A DNA stretch of 64,000 nucleotides from positions 3,849,339-3,913,338 of the forward strand of contig NZ_CP036292.1 in the NCBI RefSeq assembly GCF_007751715.1, given 5' to 3'. This stretch comes from Rosistilla oblonga (GTDB lineage: Bacteria; Planctomycetota; Planctomycetia; Pirellulales; Pirellulaceae). The position numbers were made by a program, and so were the translations under genes. Positions 40,697 through 52,520 of the stretch are shown piece by piece. Position 1 is the first letter of the stretch; each line of letters starts with the position of its first letter. The notes beneath the pieces were generated by a model. The model was given only the letters and a program-made list of their open reading frames with translations, had not been told where the DNA came from and ran no database searches.

Positions 40697-41941
40697 TCAG
40701 CGACGCTCTTTCGCGGTCGCTTCCACTTCTTCCATCACTCGAAGCAGATTCTCACCAAGGATCCCCTGAATCTGTTCCTCGGTGTAACCGCGATCGAGCA
40801 GTCCCTGCGTAATCGCAGGGTACGTGCTTACGTCTTCGAGTCCAACGGGAACCATGCTGATCCCATCGAAATCGGAACCGATCCCAACATGTCGCCAGCC
40901 CGTCACTTCGGACAGGTGGTCGATGTGATCCAACACGTCGTCGATATCACCAGGCGGCATGGGGTTCTTGTTTTTCCATACCTTATACAATGCCGAAACC
41001 TCGGCCGGACTGTGATCTTTCGCCACCCCACGACGGTAATCCAACCCCGCGTGATAGACTTTAACCGCTTCGGGAACAACAAACGCGGAAAAGTAGTTGA
41101 CCATCACGACGCCATCCTTTTCAGGAATTCTTTTCAACACGTCGTCCGGAACGTTGCGTGGGGAATCAGCTACGGCGCGAGCTGATGAATGCGAAAAGAT
41201 GACCGGAGCCAGACTGGTATCCAGAACATCATGCATCGTCTGTGGAGAAACGTGCGAAATATCGACCATCATTCCCAACTGGTTCATCCGCCGGACGACT
41301 TCCCTGCCGAATGGACTCAAGCCGTTGGCCTTTGCGGTATCGGTTGCCGAATCGGCCCAGTCGAGACTATCTGAATGAGTGATCGTCATGTAGCGAGCTC
41401 CCAAATCGAACAGATGATTCAGGTTGCTGATTGAATTTTCGATGCAATGGCCTCCCTCCACACCAATCAGCGACGCTATCTTGCCATCACGATAGATGCG
41501 GCGAATATCGGCAACCGTCGTCGCCGATTCGAAATGATCCGGATAGGTTGCCACCATTTTCTTCACCAGCTCGATCTGTTCGATGGTTGTCAAAAGAGCA
41601 ACGCCGTCGTAGCCGAGCCTCACCGGCACCCAAACCGACCAAAACTGCGCCCCGACACCGCCTGCTTTCAGTCGCGGGATATCGGTGTGCAATTCTGGCT
41701 GCGACTTTGCGATGTCGAGGATTTCGAAGGCACGATTGCTATCGGTCCGGATCTTCCAAGGCAGATCGTTGTGACCATCGATGACAATACTCTTGGCATG
41801 GATTTCTTTCGCCTTATCCGTGATCTGCATCGCAGCGTTTTCGACGGGATCGTCCGCGTTGAGCACAGTCACTAACACTATCCCAACGACAGGAACAACC
41901 ATTGTCGCAAAGCATCGACAGCAGAATTTCATCGCGTACAT
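40697..41941 (-). CDS. Membrane dipeptidase (peptidase family M19, renal-dipeptidase-like)
   Basis: The metal-ligand motif is 'HAKSIVIDGHNDLPWKIR' (HxD). Other M19 regions are 'DISHVSPQTMHDVLDTSLAPVIFSHSSARAV' and 'VGIGSDFDG'. There is an N-terminal signal/anchor. Confidence 0.88.
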   Translation of the reverse strand: MYAMKFCCRCFATMVVPVVGIVLVTVLNADDPVENAAMQITDKAKEIHAKSIVIDGHNDLPWKIRTDSNRAFEILDIAKSQPELHTDIPRLKAGGVGAQFWSVWVPVRLGYDGVALLTTIEQIELVKKMVATYPDHFESATTVADIRRIYRDGKIASLIGVEGGHCIENSISNLNHLFDLGARYMTITHSDSLDWADSATDTAKANGLSPFGREVVRRMNQLGMMVDISHVSPQTMHDVLDTSLAPVIFSHSSARAVADSPRNVPDDVLKRIPEKDGVVMVNYFSAFVVPEAVKVYHAGLDYRRGVAKDHSPAEVSALYKVWKNKNPMPPGDIDDVLDHIDHLSEVTGWRHVGIGSDFDGISMVPVGLEDVSTYPAITQGLLDRGYTEEQIQGILGENLLRVMEEVEATAKERR

Positions 41942-42168
41942 CCGTCGGTCACATAAGTATCAAAAAGACGAAGGTGCAAGAGCTCGCGGTCAGGAATCGT
42001 TTGTGCGACGCCACCAGGGATCGCTCACTAAGATCCCGCGCAACGAGCCAGCTGATCGGACAGGACTTGCTCAATGCAGTGGATTCGACATGCGAGTTTC
42101 GTCACGTTGGAGAAGCAGTCCATTTCATTTGCAGTCGGTCGAATCTCGACTGGCGGGCGTCTTGATAG

Positions 42169-43098
42169 TCATTCGCCCCGCGACTCTGCGGCAATGTCTT
42201 TCCAAATCCAACGGTACAAGTTGCGTGCGTCGACATACCGGGCATCGCTACTGCTCGATCCGAGCACGACCATGACGAGTCGCTTCTCGTTTCGCTCCGC
42301 ATAGGAAACCAAACACGCCCCCGCGGCGGTTGTGGTTCCCGTTTTCACTCCCAAATAGCCTTCCTGAGCTAACAATCGGTTTGTGTTTGTCCAGCTGACC
42401 GTGCGATCTTCACCTTCGGGAGTGTTGACGATCGTCGAATGGTTCCGCGTGGCAACGGTGTCTCGGAACCTCTCGTACTTCATCGCTTCGCAGGTCAGTT
42501 TGACCATATCGGCGGCCGTTGTCAGATGCGTTTCATGGGTAAGCCCATGAGGGTTTACGTAGCTTGTCCGTTCCATCCCAAGTTGTTTTGCCGTCTCACA
42601 CATCGTCCGGATGAATGCGTCGTAGCCGTTTTCGTCCTCCGTGGCCAATCTGGGCCCAAAGTGTTCTGCAATCGCAACGGAGGCGTCGTTGCCCGACGGA
42701 AGCATCAAACCATAGAGCAACTCTTTCACCGGCAGACTCTCCCCTGCATTCAACCTGCAGGACGAACCAACCGTCTTATCGGCTCTCTCCGAGAAGGTGA
42801 TGTTTTCTTCCCAGACGTCAGGCGACTCCTCGGCGAGCTTCAATACAACCAGAGCTGTCATGATCTTGGTGATGCTCGCTGGGTTCCGCTGTTCATCCTC
42901 GTTGCCGCCGGCCAAAATTTCTCCTGTGTGCCCGTCGGCTATGACCCACGCTTTACAAGTGACAAACGGCGGACCGATCAGCGGATCCGCCGGCTTTTTC
43001 GGACGCTCCACTTCCGGACCAGTCGCATGCGCCGCACCGCCGCTGATAAATAGAGCCGACATGATGAAGGCTAACAATGTGGAATACGTGGATGCCAT
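42169..43098 (-). CDS. D-alanyl-D-alanine carboxypeptidase (peptidase S11, low-molecular-weight PBP)
   Basis: The SxxK motif is 'PASITKIMTALVVL'. The SxN motif is 'LPSGNDASVAIAEH'. The KTG motif is 'LGVKTGTTTAAG'. The signal peptide is 'MASTYSTLLAFIMSALFISGGAAHA'. Confidence 0.88.
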   Translation of the reverse strand: MASTYSTLLAFIMSALFISGGAAHATGPEVERPKKPADPLIGPPFVTCKAWVIADGHTGEILAGGNEDEQRNPASITKIMTALVVLKLAEESPDVWEENITFSERADKTVGSSCRLNAGESLPVKELLYGLMLPSGNDASVAIAEHFGPRLATEDENGYDAFIRTMCETAKQLGMERTSYVNPHGLTHETHLTTAADMVKLTCEAMKYERFRDTVATRNHSTIVNTPEGEDRTVSWTNTNRLLAQEGYLGVKTGTTTAAGACLVSYAERNEKRLVMVVLGSSSSDARYVDARNLYRWIWKDIAAESRGE

Positions 43099-43350
43099 TT
43101 GTCTCTTTAAACTCCTATCGAATAACCAACAGGACTTGGCTATTTGAAACGTTCTTTGTCTAGTGGAGGCTATCGTCTTGAGATGTTTTACCAGAAACTT
43201 AGTCGCTGTTGGCTAACACCGGTTCCGTTTGGGATCGCCTACATCTCTGCGTCCTTCGACTCCAACGTTTGCAGCCATCGTTCTGCAGCCCTAAATCGTC
43301 GAGCCGTTCCAATCCGGCGGATAGATTTCCTGGGACCGCCGCAACATCGA

Positions 43351-44424
43351 TTAGTCAGCAAAATGGGCCTCCCAGATAGCGATACCACTGTTTCCTTTTG
43401 AATCCGCCCACGCGCGGCTCATCGAAGTCGTATTGAATTCGAGCGAGAGGTTTCCATCGTGGTCGACGGCGATGACTCCTCCATCCCCCGGCTTAAGCAC
43501 GTCGTTAATACACGCCAGAGTTGCTTCGGATAGCGATTGATTCGCGAACCGCATCCGCCAGTTAATTTGTGCCGCGATTCCATGGCGAATGTATTCTTCC
43601 CCACTTCCAGTCGCACTGATAGCGCATCCGCGGTTGTCGGCGTAGGTACCGGCTCCGATGATCGGCGAATCTCCAACACGGCCGACCATCTTGCCAGTCA
43701 GCCCGCCGGTGCTTGTCCCCGCCGCCAGATTTCCATGCATATCAAGCGCGACGCAGCCAACGGTCCCACGAGAGATCTCCTGGTCGGTGCGGTCGCCGGT
43801 CTGGTTCGCTTCCGGCGGTATAGGATAGCTGGGATTCTCCAATTCCTTCCTGCCGGTGGCTTTCAACTTCTTCTGCAGTTGTTGCCATCGCGTCGCATCG
43901 TAAAAGTAATCCGGCGTGACGGTTTCGATGTTGTGTAATTTGGCCAACCGTTCGGCACCTTCTGAGACCAGCAAGACATGCGGCGTCTTCTCCATGACTA
44001 ACCTTGCTGCTTGGATAGGATTGCGAATCGTTTCCACTGCCGCCACTGCACCACAGGACAGATCAATGCCATCCATGATCGAGGCATCCAGCTGGTGAAA
44101 GCCTTCCGCATTGAAGACCGCTCCTTTTCCCGCGTTGAAGCAAACCGCGTCTTCCAGCACCATCACCGTCCGTTCAACCGCATCGAGAGCCGTACCGCCT
44201 GATCGCAGAACAGCTTCTCCCGCTTCGAGTGCTTTGCGGAGCGACGTTTTGTACTCTTGAAGACGTTCGGCGGAGATATCCTTGGACACCGAACCCGCGC
44301 CAGCGTGCAATGCGATCGCCCATCGCGGCTTCTCCGCCGACAACGTCCCGCACGCCAGGAAGACAGCCAGAAAACCGATCGCATTGATGCACAGCGACAA
44401 GCACGTCGGAACGGTTCGTTTCAT
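43351..44424 (-). CDS. Isoaspartyl peptidase / L-asparaginase (Ntn-hydrolase, Asparaginase_2 family), secreted
   Basis: 'WAIALHAGAGS' and the autocleavage site 'GTVGCVALDMHGNLAAGTSTGGLTGKMVGRVGDSPIIGAGTYA' are present. The signal peptide is 'MKRTVPTCLSLCINAIGFLAVFLACGTLSA'. Confidence 0.88.
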   Translation of the reverse strand: MKRTVPTCLSLCINAIGFLAVFLACGTLSAEKPRWAIALHAGAGSVSKDISAERLQEYKTSLRKALEAGEAVLRSGGTALDAVERTVMVLEDAVCFNAGKGAVFNAEGFHQLDASIMDGIDLSCGAVAAVETIRNPIQAARLVMEKTPHVLLVSEGAERLAKLHNIETVTPDYFYDATRWQQLQKKLKATGRKELENPSYPIPPEANQTGDRTDQEISRGTVGCVALDMHGNLAAGTSTGGLTGKMVGRVGDSPIIGAGTYADNRGCAISATGSGEEYIRHGIAAQINWRMRFANQSLSEATLACINDVLKPGDGGVIAVDHDGNLSLEFNTTSMSRAWADSKGNSGIAIWEAHFAD

Positions 44425-44640
44425 GACTCTACCCGCACGAGAGAAAGACTATCCAAGGGGAATTCGACAACAAACGTCCTTCCACCAATCTAGTTTGCCC
44501 AGCCGATGCTGCATAATGACATATTGCGCAAAACAAATGGACCAATGCGCACGCAGATTGCCACGACAAAGAATCACGTTGCCTCAAGTCGCCAGCCTGA
44601 AGTGATTCGATTTTCGATTATACCCGCACCACGGCCACTA

Positions 44641-44668
44641 CAATTGCGAAACGAGTGCTTCGCAATTG
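44641..44668. promoter_or_regulatory. Perfect 10-bp inverted repeat in the divergent intergenic region upstream of the DadA-like gene
   Basis: The sequence is caattgcgaa-acgagtgc-ttcgcaattg. It sits in a 675-nt gap between the divergently oriented asparaginase-like and DadA-like genes. Confidence 0.35.
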
Positions 44669-45099
44669 TCGAGTCATCATTCGACAGCAGTTTCAGTCGA
44701 AGCTCGCGGACAGCTGACTGCAGAACGTCATTCGGGCGATTGCCCACGACGATCACACCGCCCACTGCTCATCGATGATCTGACCACGTAAGCCCAATGG
44801 ACCATGGCGTTCTTCGCTTCAGAGGAATTGGGATGCGGGCGTGGCGATATTGCATGATCAAGCGATGGTCGAAATAGATCATCGCGCCCCAATCTGGCTT
44901 CCCCGGTGGACTGCGAGTTAGCAGAGGCCTGCGCAAACTAATGCGGGATTCGTTCCCCCGAGCTAGGCGTTGGTCTCCGAGGCAAATTTGCGGATTCGAC
45001 CGCTGGAAATCCGCGGCGTCGTATTGTCACTATCGATCGCAGCAAGCACAATCAATCGCCATGGATACTTCCCGCCTTTGCATAAGATTAAGTTGAGCG

Positions 45100-46419
45100 A
45101 TGGTTGCTGATTCGAACTCGGAAGAACAACGTCTCGATTCTGCCCCCCAAAACGGCGACTCTGTGCGATCGGGGCAAAAGCCGATTGTGGTTGTCGGCGG
45201 CGGTGTCGTTGGATCGGCGTGTGCGTATTATCTTGCCAGTGCAGGAAGCCCGGTGGTCGTAATCGATCAAGGAACCTTCGGCAGCGCGTGTTCCCACGGC
45301 AACTGCGGTTATGTCTCGCCGAGCCACATCCTTCCGCTCTGCAGCCCCGGCGCGGTCGTTTCGTCGCTGAAGACGCTGTTCTCGAAGAACTCGCCATTCA
45401 AGATTCGGGCTCGAATCGATACGAAGATGTGGTGGTGGTTCCTCAAGTTTGCCATGCGTTGCAATCAGGCCAATATGATCCAAGCAGGGCATGCACGGCA
45501 CGCGATGCTCAGCTCGTCACGGAAGTTGTATCAGTCGATGATCGACGACGGGCGACTCGGTGATTGCGAGTGGGAATCGATTGGTTTGATGTTTGTTCAC
45601 AGCGACCGCAAACACTTCGAGTCATTTGAGGCGACGAACCAGTTGCTGATCGACGAGTTTGGAGAGAGCTTCGAGCGACTCGATCAAGCCGAACTTCTGC
45701 GACGCGAGCCTGCGTTGAAAGACTTCGCCTGCGGCGCGTGGATGTATGACGGAGATGCCCATCTACGTCCCCACCTATTGATGAAATCATGGCGAAGTCT
45801 GCTGGAAGCAAAGCAGGTGGAGATTCGCGAGAACTGCGAGTTCTACGATCTCGAATCGTCCGGATCCAATACATATGCGATCCAAACAAGCCAAGGTCGA
45901 ATCGAAGCCGAGCAGGTGATCTTCGCCACCGGAGCGTGGTCGCGAATGATTCAACAGAAGCTGAAAGCTCGCATTCCAGTGGAGCCGGGCAAAGGTTATT
46001 CGATCACGATGCAGCGCCCCCAAATCTGCCCGAAGTACCCAATGTTGTTCGAGGATCATCGCGTGGGAATCACGCCGACCGCGACCGCCTTGCGAATCGG
46101 TTCGACGATGGAATTCGCCGGCTTCGATGCATCGCTGCGTGAAGACCGTCTGCAACTGCTGACCGATGCGGCCGAGCTCTATCTGCACGATCCCATTCGC
46201 GATCCAGTCGTCGAACGATGGACCGGCTGGCGTCCGATGAGCTGCGATGAGATTCCGATGGTCGGCCGCGTTCCTCGCTACGGGAACGTCTGGTTGGCGG
46301 CGGGGCACGGCATGCTTGGTCTCTCGATGGCGACGGCGACCGGCAAACTGATCTCCGAAATGATCACAGGCCAAACACCTCATATCGATCCCCATCCGTA
46401 CCGTCTCAATCGCTTCTAA
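45100..46419 (+). CDS. FAD-dependent oxidoreductase, D-amino-acid dehydrogenase (DadA)-like
   Basis: The dinucleotide-binding motif is 'KPIVVVGGGVVGSACAYYLASAGSPVVVID'. 'GSACSHGNCGYVSP' is DAO-family-like. The C-terminal motif is 'WTGWRPMSCDEIPMVG'. Confidence 0.8.
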   Translation: MVADSNSEEQRLDSAPQNGDSVRSGQKPIVVVGGGVVGSACAYYLASAGSPVVVIDQGTFGSACSHGNCGYVSPSHILPLCSPGAVVSSLKTLFSKNSPFKIRARIDTKMWWWFLKFAMRCNQANMIQAGHARHAMLSSSRKLYQSMIDDGRLGDCEWESIGLMFVHSDRKHFESFEATNQLLIDEFGESFERLDQAELLRREPALKDFACGAWMYDGDAHLRPHLLMKSWRSLLEAKQVEIRENCEFYDLESSGSNTYAIQTSQGRIEAEQVIFATGAWSRMIQQKLKARIPVEPGKGYSITMQRPQICPKYPMLFEDHRVGITPTATALRIGSTMEFAGFDASLREDRLQLLTDAAELYLHDPIRDPVVERWTGWRPMSCDEIPMVGRVPRYGNVWLAAGHGMLGLSMATATGKLISEMITGQTPHIDPHPYRLNRF

Positions 46420-46524
46420 ACCGGTCGGATGCAGAAACTGGTTTGCCGGGTAGCAAGCCAGTACGGAACGATGAGTGTGGGCTGCGTCTAAATGATTGTC
46501 AGCCGTATCGCTTCGCCAACGCGA

Positions 46525-47955
46525 TCAACTGCGGAGGATCGCGGGAATGACGTGTCCATGCACATCGGTCAATCGCCGCTGGATGCCGTTGTGATAAAAC
46601 GACAACTTGGTGTGATCGATGCCGAGCAGATGGAGTGCTGTCGCGTGAAGGTCGTAGCAGTAGGTCGGCTTTTCGATCGCCTTAAAACCAAGTTCGTCGG
46701 TCGCGCCATATCCGACGCCCCCTTTGACTCCGCCTCCCGCCAGCCACGCGGTGAACGCGCCGGCGTTATGATCCCGCCCCGCGGCTGCGGCTCCCTGCGC
46801 GGCCGGTTGCCGGCCAAATTCCGTCGTGCAGATCACTAGCGTTTCGTCCAACAGACCGCTTCGTTTCAGATCGGCAAGCAACGCCGAAGCTCCTGTGTCG
46901 AGAACACGCCCCCAATGTCCGTGGTCCCGTACGACATCCTCGTGCGAATCCCAGTTGGGGCGAATCTTTTTGGCCGTTGTGTTTTCCGCACCACAATACA
47001 GTTGAACGAATCGGACGCCACGTTCCACTAATCGGCGAGCCAACAGACACTGGCGTCCGAAGTCACCGGTCGTCTCATCGTTCATGCCGTACATTTCTTG
47101 CGTCGCCGCGGATTCTCGCGACAGATCGGACAACTCAGGGGCACTCAATTGAAGCCGCGCCGCCAGTTCATAGGCGGACATGCGTGCCTCAAGATCGGTA
47201 TCGCCCTGACGCTGGGCAAGATGTTCGCGGTTGAGCGTCTGTAGAAAATCGAGCCCCGCCTGATCCGAAGCTCGATCGACTTCGGCAAGATCCTTTGGCG
47301 GAAACAGATCGTTGATCGGTTGCTGTCCGGAACGCGAATCCAACGTCGTCGCTTGGTGGACCGCCGGCAGAAAGCCAGCGCCCCAGTTGATGATCCCGCC
47401 GGGCGGCAAGCCCTTCGGGTCGGGCAGCACGACAAACGCGGGCAGATCTTCGCTTTCGCTTCCCAGCCCGTAAGTCACCCACGATCCCATGCTAGGAAAT
47501 CCAGGCAGCGTGAACCCGGTGTTCATCATGAAACAGGCGGGCCCGTGCAACGCGGTCTTGCTTTGCATCGAATAGATGAACGCCAGATCGTCAACCTGTT
47601 TCGCGAGCTTGGGAAACAAATCGGAGACCCACAGTCCCGATTCGCCATGCTGCTTGAAGTCCCAAAAACTCGCCTGGCAATTGCCTGGCTTCGAAGCAAA
47701 AAACTGCAGCTTGCCATCGGGATCAAACGGTTTCCCCGAACGCTTTTCCAACTCGGGCTTGTAATCGAACGTATCGACCTGACTCATCCCGCCGGGACAA
47801 AAGATTTGGATCACCGCTTTGGCGCGGGCCGGATGGTCAAGCCGCTTCGTTCCCGAAGCGACCGCGTCCTGCTGGTGGAACATCGACTGCAACGCAAGCC
47901 AGCCGAGTCCGCCGCCAGCGGTTTGCAATACCTGACGTCGATTGAATGTTTGCAC
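46525..47955 (-). CDS. DUF1501 domain protein with a Tat signal
   Basis: The N-terminus is 'MQTFNRRQVLQTAGGGLGWLALQSMF'. Conserved DUF1501 blocks are 'ICTTEFGRQPAAQG' and 'GRDHNAGAFTAWLAGGGVKGG'. Confidence 0.85.
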   Translation of the reverse strand: MQTFNRRQVLQTAGGGLGWLALQSMFHQQDAVASGTKRLDHPARAKAVIQIFCPGGMSQVDTFDYKPELEKRSGKPFDPDGKLQFFASKPGNCQASFWDFKQHGESGLWVSDLFPKLAKQVDDLAFIYSMQSKTALHGPACFMMNTGFTLPGFPSMGSWVTYGLGSESEDLPAFVVLPDPKGLPPGGIINWGAGFLPAVHQATTLDSRSGQQPINDLFPPKDLAEVDRASDQAGLDFLQTLNREHLAQRQGDTDLEARMSAYELAARLQLSAPELSDLSRESAATQEMYGMNDETTGDFGRQCLLARRLVERGVRFVQLYCGAENTTAKKIRPNWDSHEDVVRDHGHWGRVLDTGASALLADLKRSGLLDETLVICTTEFGRQPAAQGAAAAGRDHNAGAFTAWLAGGGVKGGVGYGATDELGFKAIEKPTYCYDLHATALHLLGIDHTKLSFYHNGIQRRLTDVHGHVIPAILRS

Positions 47956-47973
47956 GGTGTTTCTCGAATCCTG

Positions 47974-50900
47974 TTAGTCCAAATTGACAAATTCGTTCGC
48001 GTTCAACAACGCACGACACAAATGCAGCAAGCCAAACTGTTGGACCAATTCACGCGCTCCCTGCAGCTCTTTCATCGACGGCGAACGGACGAGCACCAAC
48101 TGAAAGGCAAGTTCGATTTGGTTGTCGACCTGATCGGATTCGGCCGCGATCCGATCGGCCAAGTAGCGAGATTGCCGCAACATAAAATCGTTGTTGAACA
48201 TCGCCAGAGATTGAAGCGCCGTCGTTGTGACATTGCGTTTGGGAGTGAAGTTGGCCGGATCGGGACAGTCCAACGCGGTCATGAACGACGAAGGCGTTGT
48301 CCGGACGGTGAAGCGATAGACGCTGCGACGCCACAATTCGGGAGAGTCCGCCGTCTTGTAGGTATAGATCGGCGCATACGCTTCCTGGTAATCGAAGTCA
48401 CGAAAACCGGGACCGTACATCTCAGCATTCAACTTGCCGCTGATGGCCAATACCGAATCCCGCACCGCTTCGGCTTCCAACCGCCGTCCATTCATACGCC
48501 ACAATAATTTGTTATCGACATCGATTACGGTGGGATCCTTTTCACCGGACGGGATCACTCCGTCGCGTCGGTGGCTCACCTGTTGATAGGTTTGCGAAGT
48601 CACGATCAGCCGGTGGATCGCTTTGAGCGACCACTTCTGCCGAACCAACTCGGTCGCCAACCAGTCCAACAACTCCGGATGCGTCGGCAACGAACCACCG
48701 AATCCAAAGTCGCTGGGCGTATCGACGATACCCGAACCGAAGTGCCAGTGCCACAATCGATTGACGATCACCCGCGCGGTCAGTGGGTTTTGGGGATCGA
48801 CGATCCAGTCGGCGATGGCCAAGCGTCGTTCCTTATCACTTGTCGCGGCATCGCCAAACTCCAGCGGTTCCTTCGACCAACTCAAACCGCCCGGCGAAAC
48901 CGCTTCTCCCGGCGCCTCGGGATCGCCGCGCGACAGGACGTGCACGGCAGGTGGATTTTGCGACGCGACACCGAAGAAGACCGGCGGAGCGACAAGCGAC
49001 TTCAGTTCGGATTCCAGGTCGCCAACTTGAGAACGTAGTTTTTCGATTTGCTGTCGCTTTTGATCCGCAATCTCCGTCGTCGCGACCGACCGGATACGCG
49101 GATCGCCAAAACTCACCTGATCGTGCCCATATCCATTCCCGCCGTCGGTCGAGATCAAAGTCAGGAAACGTGTCTTCGCCGGGATCGCCCGCGAAACGTG
49201 AACGACGTCGTTGCGGCCTATTCGCTTGCGGAGAATCAATTCGCCGTCGAACAGGATGTGGAACTCAGCACTCGGTTCGACGGTTCGCCCGCCGTATCCG
49301 ACGGTGGTTGAGAACTCAAAGGCATCAGTCTTCGAAACGTCGGGATTCCCCGCAGCCAACGCATCGCGCATCGCATCCAAATCGAACGTGATCCCAGCGT
49401 TCGCATGCAGCCCGATCATCGAATGCCCGTCGGCGTTGTAGTCGGTGCTTCCCAACTTGCTTGAAAACTGGCTGGTCACCGGGCCATTGCGAATCGCATC
49501 CCACGCATTGCCGCTGTTGTTCGGTAGCTCCGACACAAACACGCCCGTCGAACTGATTTGCGTTTTCGACGACGCCGGAATGAAGACGCCGTCGACAAAT
49601 GGGGTGTCGCTGGCGGAGAAGTGCCCCGACCGCACGTCGCTCAAACTGCTGACCGACGACTCTTGCACCAAGCCCGTCCGCGGATCGATCCCTCGGCCCT
49701 TTTTACCGCTTCCATATCCATTGCCACCGCCAACGATATCGGCCAGATCAACGCCCTGTCCCTGCAGTTGTGCGTTCTCGCTTTGCAGGTCCGCGATCGA
49801 CTTCTCCAGTCGCGCCTTGTTCGATTCATAGTCGGACTGGGCGGCATGACTGACAACGCGATCCTTTCGCGAGAGCCCCGCGAAAACAGCGGTCAGTTGG
49901 TAATATTCCCGTTGCGTGATCGGGTCGAGCTTATGATCGTGACAACGCGCGCAATTCACCGTCATCGCCATCGTCGATGTCATCACTTGAGTGACCATGT
50001 CGTCCAGATCGAGTGCTCGGGCGGCCCGCCGTAAGATGGGACTCTTCGCCTCGACTTGGCCTACATAATCCCAGGGTCCCGCCGCGAGGAAGCCGGTCGC
50101 GATCACCGAATCGGGATCGTCGGGAGCGATCAGATCGCCCGCGATTTGTTCCCGCAGAAACCGATCGTAAGGCTTGTCATCATTAAACGCTCGAATGACG
50201 TAGTCGCGGTATCTCCACGCATTGTCTCGCAGCTTGTCCCGCTCGAACCCATGCGTGTCGGCGTAGTGCGCAATGTCCAACCAATGCCTTGCCCAGCGTT
50301 CGCCAAAGTGATCCGACTCCAACAATTGGTCGACAAGCTTTTCATACACTTTCGGATCGGGATCCGCCACAAACGCCGCGACCGCTTCGGGTGTGGGAGG
50401 CAAGCCGATCAGATCGTAATAGAGCCGGCGAATTAGGGTCCGACGATCGGCTAGCGGCGACGGCGAAAGCTGTTCTTGCTTCAACCGTTGTTGAATGAAT
50501 CGATCGATGGGATGCGTCGACCCTCCGGGCAAAACATCCGGTAGCGGCACGTCGGCCACTTGCTGAAGCGACCACCAAGAAGCGTCCGCTTTCGGCTTCG
50601 GCTGAACTTCAAAACCTTCGGGCCACTTCGCTCCTTCAGCGATCCACTGCCGAATCGTGGCAACCTGTTCTTCGCTTAGCGGACTACCCTCCTCCGGCAT
50701 CGAAGGCCTCTCGCCCACATCGGCAGTGACCGTGTCGATCAGATGGCTGTTCTGCGGCTCGCCCGGAACGACAAACTCTAAGCTCAAAAGATCTTTGCCA
50801 AACGAAAGCGACAGCTCGCCACTCTTCCGCGTTTCGTTGTGACAGTGAACGCAATGCTGCTGAAGAATCGGCGCGATCTGAGTAACGAAATCGACAGGAG

Positions 50901-51015
50901 CCGCAACGAGGCCACTGGTCCAAAACGAAAGCCAGAAAACCGTTAGGCAAAAGGCTGGCCGAAGTCTCGCGGCGCCTGGCAGTTGAACGGAGGCATGCAT
51001 TTCATTCACAACCAT
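47974..51015 (-). CDS. PSCyt / DUF1549 / DUF1553 domain protein (partner of the adjacent DUF1501 gene)
   Basis: The signal peptide is 'LRPAFCLTVFWLSFWTSGLVAAP'. The PSCyt motif is 'HCVHCHNETRKSGELSLSFG'. The DUF1549 motif is '[23 protein letters not shown]'. The DUF1553 motif is 'NCARCHDHKLDPITQREYY'. Confidence 0.85.
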   Translation of the reverse strand: MVVNEMHASVQLPGAARLRPAFCLTVFWLSFWTSGLVAAPVDFVTQIAPILQQHCVHCHNETRKSGELSLSFGKDLLSLEFVVPGEPQNSHLIDTVTADVGERPSMPEEGSPLSEEQVATIRQWIAEGAKWPEGFEVQPKPKADASWWSLQQVADVPLPDVLPGGSTHPIDRFIQQRLKQEQLSPSPLADRRTLIRRLYYDLIGLPPTPEAVAAFVADPDPKVYEKLVDQLLESDHFGERWARHWLDIAHYADTHGFERDKLRDNAWRYRDYVIRAFNDDKPYDRFLREQIAGDLIAPDDPDSVIATGFLAAGPWDYVGQVEAKSPILRRAARALDLDDMVTQVMTSTMAMTVNCARCHDHKLDPITQREYYQLTAVFAGLSRKDRVVSHAAQSDYESNKARLEKSIADLQSENAQLQGQGVDLADIVGGGNGYGSGKKGRGIDPRTGLVQESSVSSLSDVRSGHFSASDTPFVDGVFIPASSKTQISSTGVFVSELPNNSGNAWDAIRNGPVTSQFSSKLGSTDYNADGHSMIGLHANAGITFDLDAMRDALAAGNPDVSKTDAFEFSTTVGYGGRTVEPSAEFHILFDGELILRKRIGRNDVVHVSRAIPAKTRFLTLISTDGGNGYGHDQVSFGDPRIRSVATTEIADQKRQQIEKLRSQVGDLESELKSLVAPPVFFGVASQNPPAVHVLSRGDPEAPGEAVSPGGLSWSKEPLEFGDAATSDKERRLAIADWIVDPQNPLTARVIVNRLWHWHFGSGIVDTPSDFGFGGSLPTHPELLDWLATELVRQKWSLKAIHRLIVTSQTYQQVSHRRDGVIPSGEKDPTVIDVDNKLLWRMNGRRLEAEAVRDSVLAISGKLNAEMYGPGFRDFDYQEAYAPIYTYKTADSPELWRRSVYRFTVRTTPSSFMTALDCPDPANFTPKRNVTTTALQSLAMFNNDFMLRQSRYLADRIAAESDQVDNQIELAFQLVLVRSPSMKELQGARELVQQFGLLHLCRALLNANEFVNLD

Positions 51016-51036
51016 GGAGTAGCAAATCGTATTGGA

Positions 51037-52440
<1,404 letters not shown>

Positions 52441-52520
52441 CGATTGGGATTCACAAAAAGGGAGGCGTTTAGGAGAGCTTCAGTCAACGGAGTTCAGGGA
52501 ATTACAGTCACTGCAAAACG

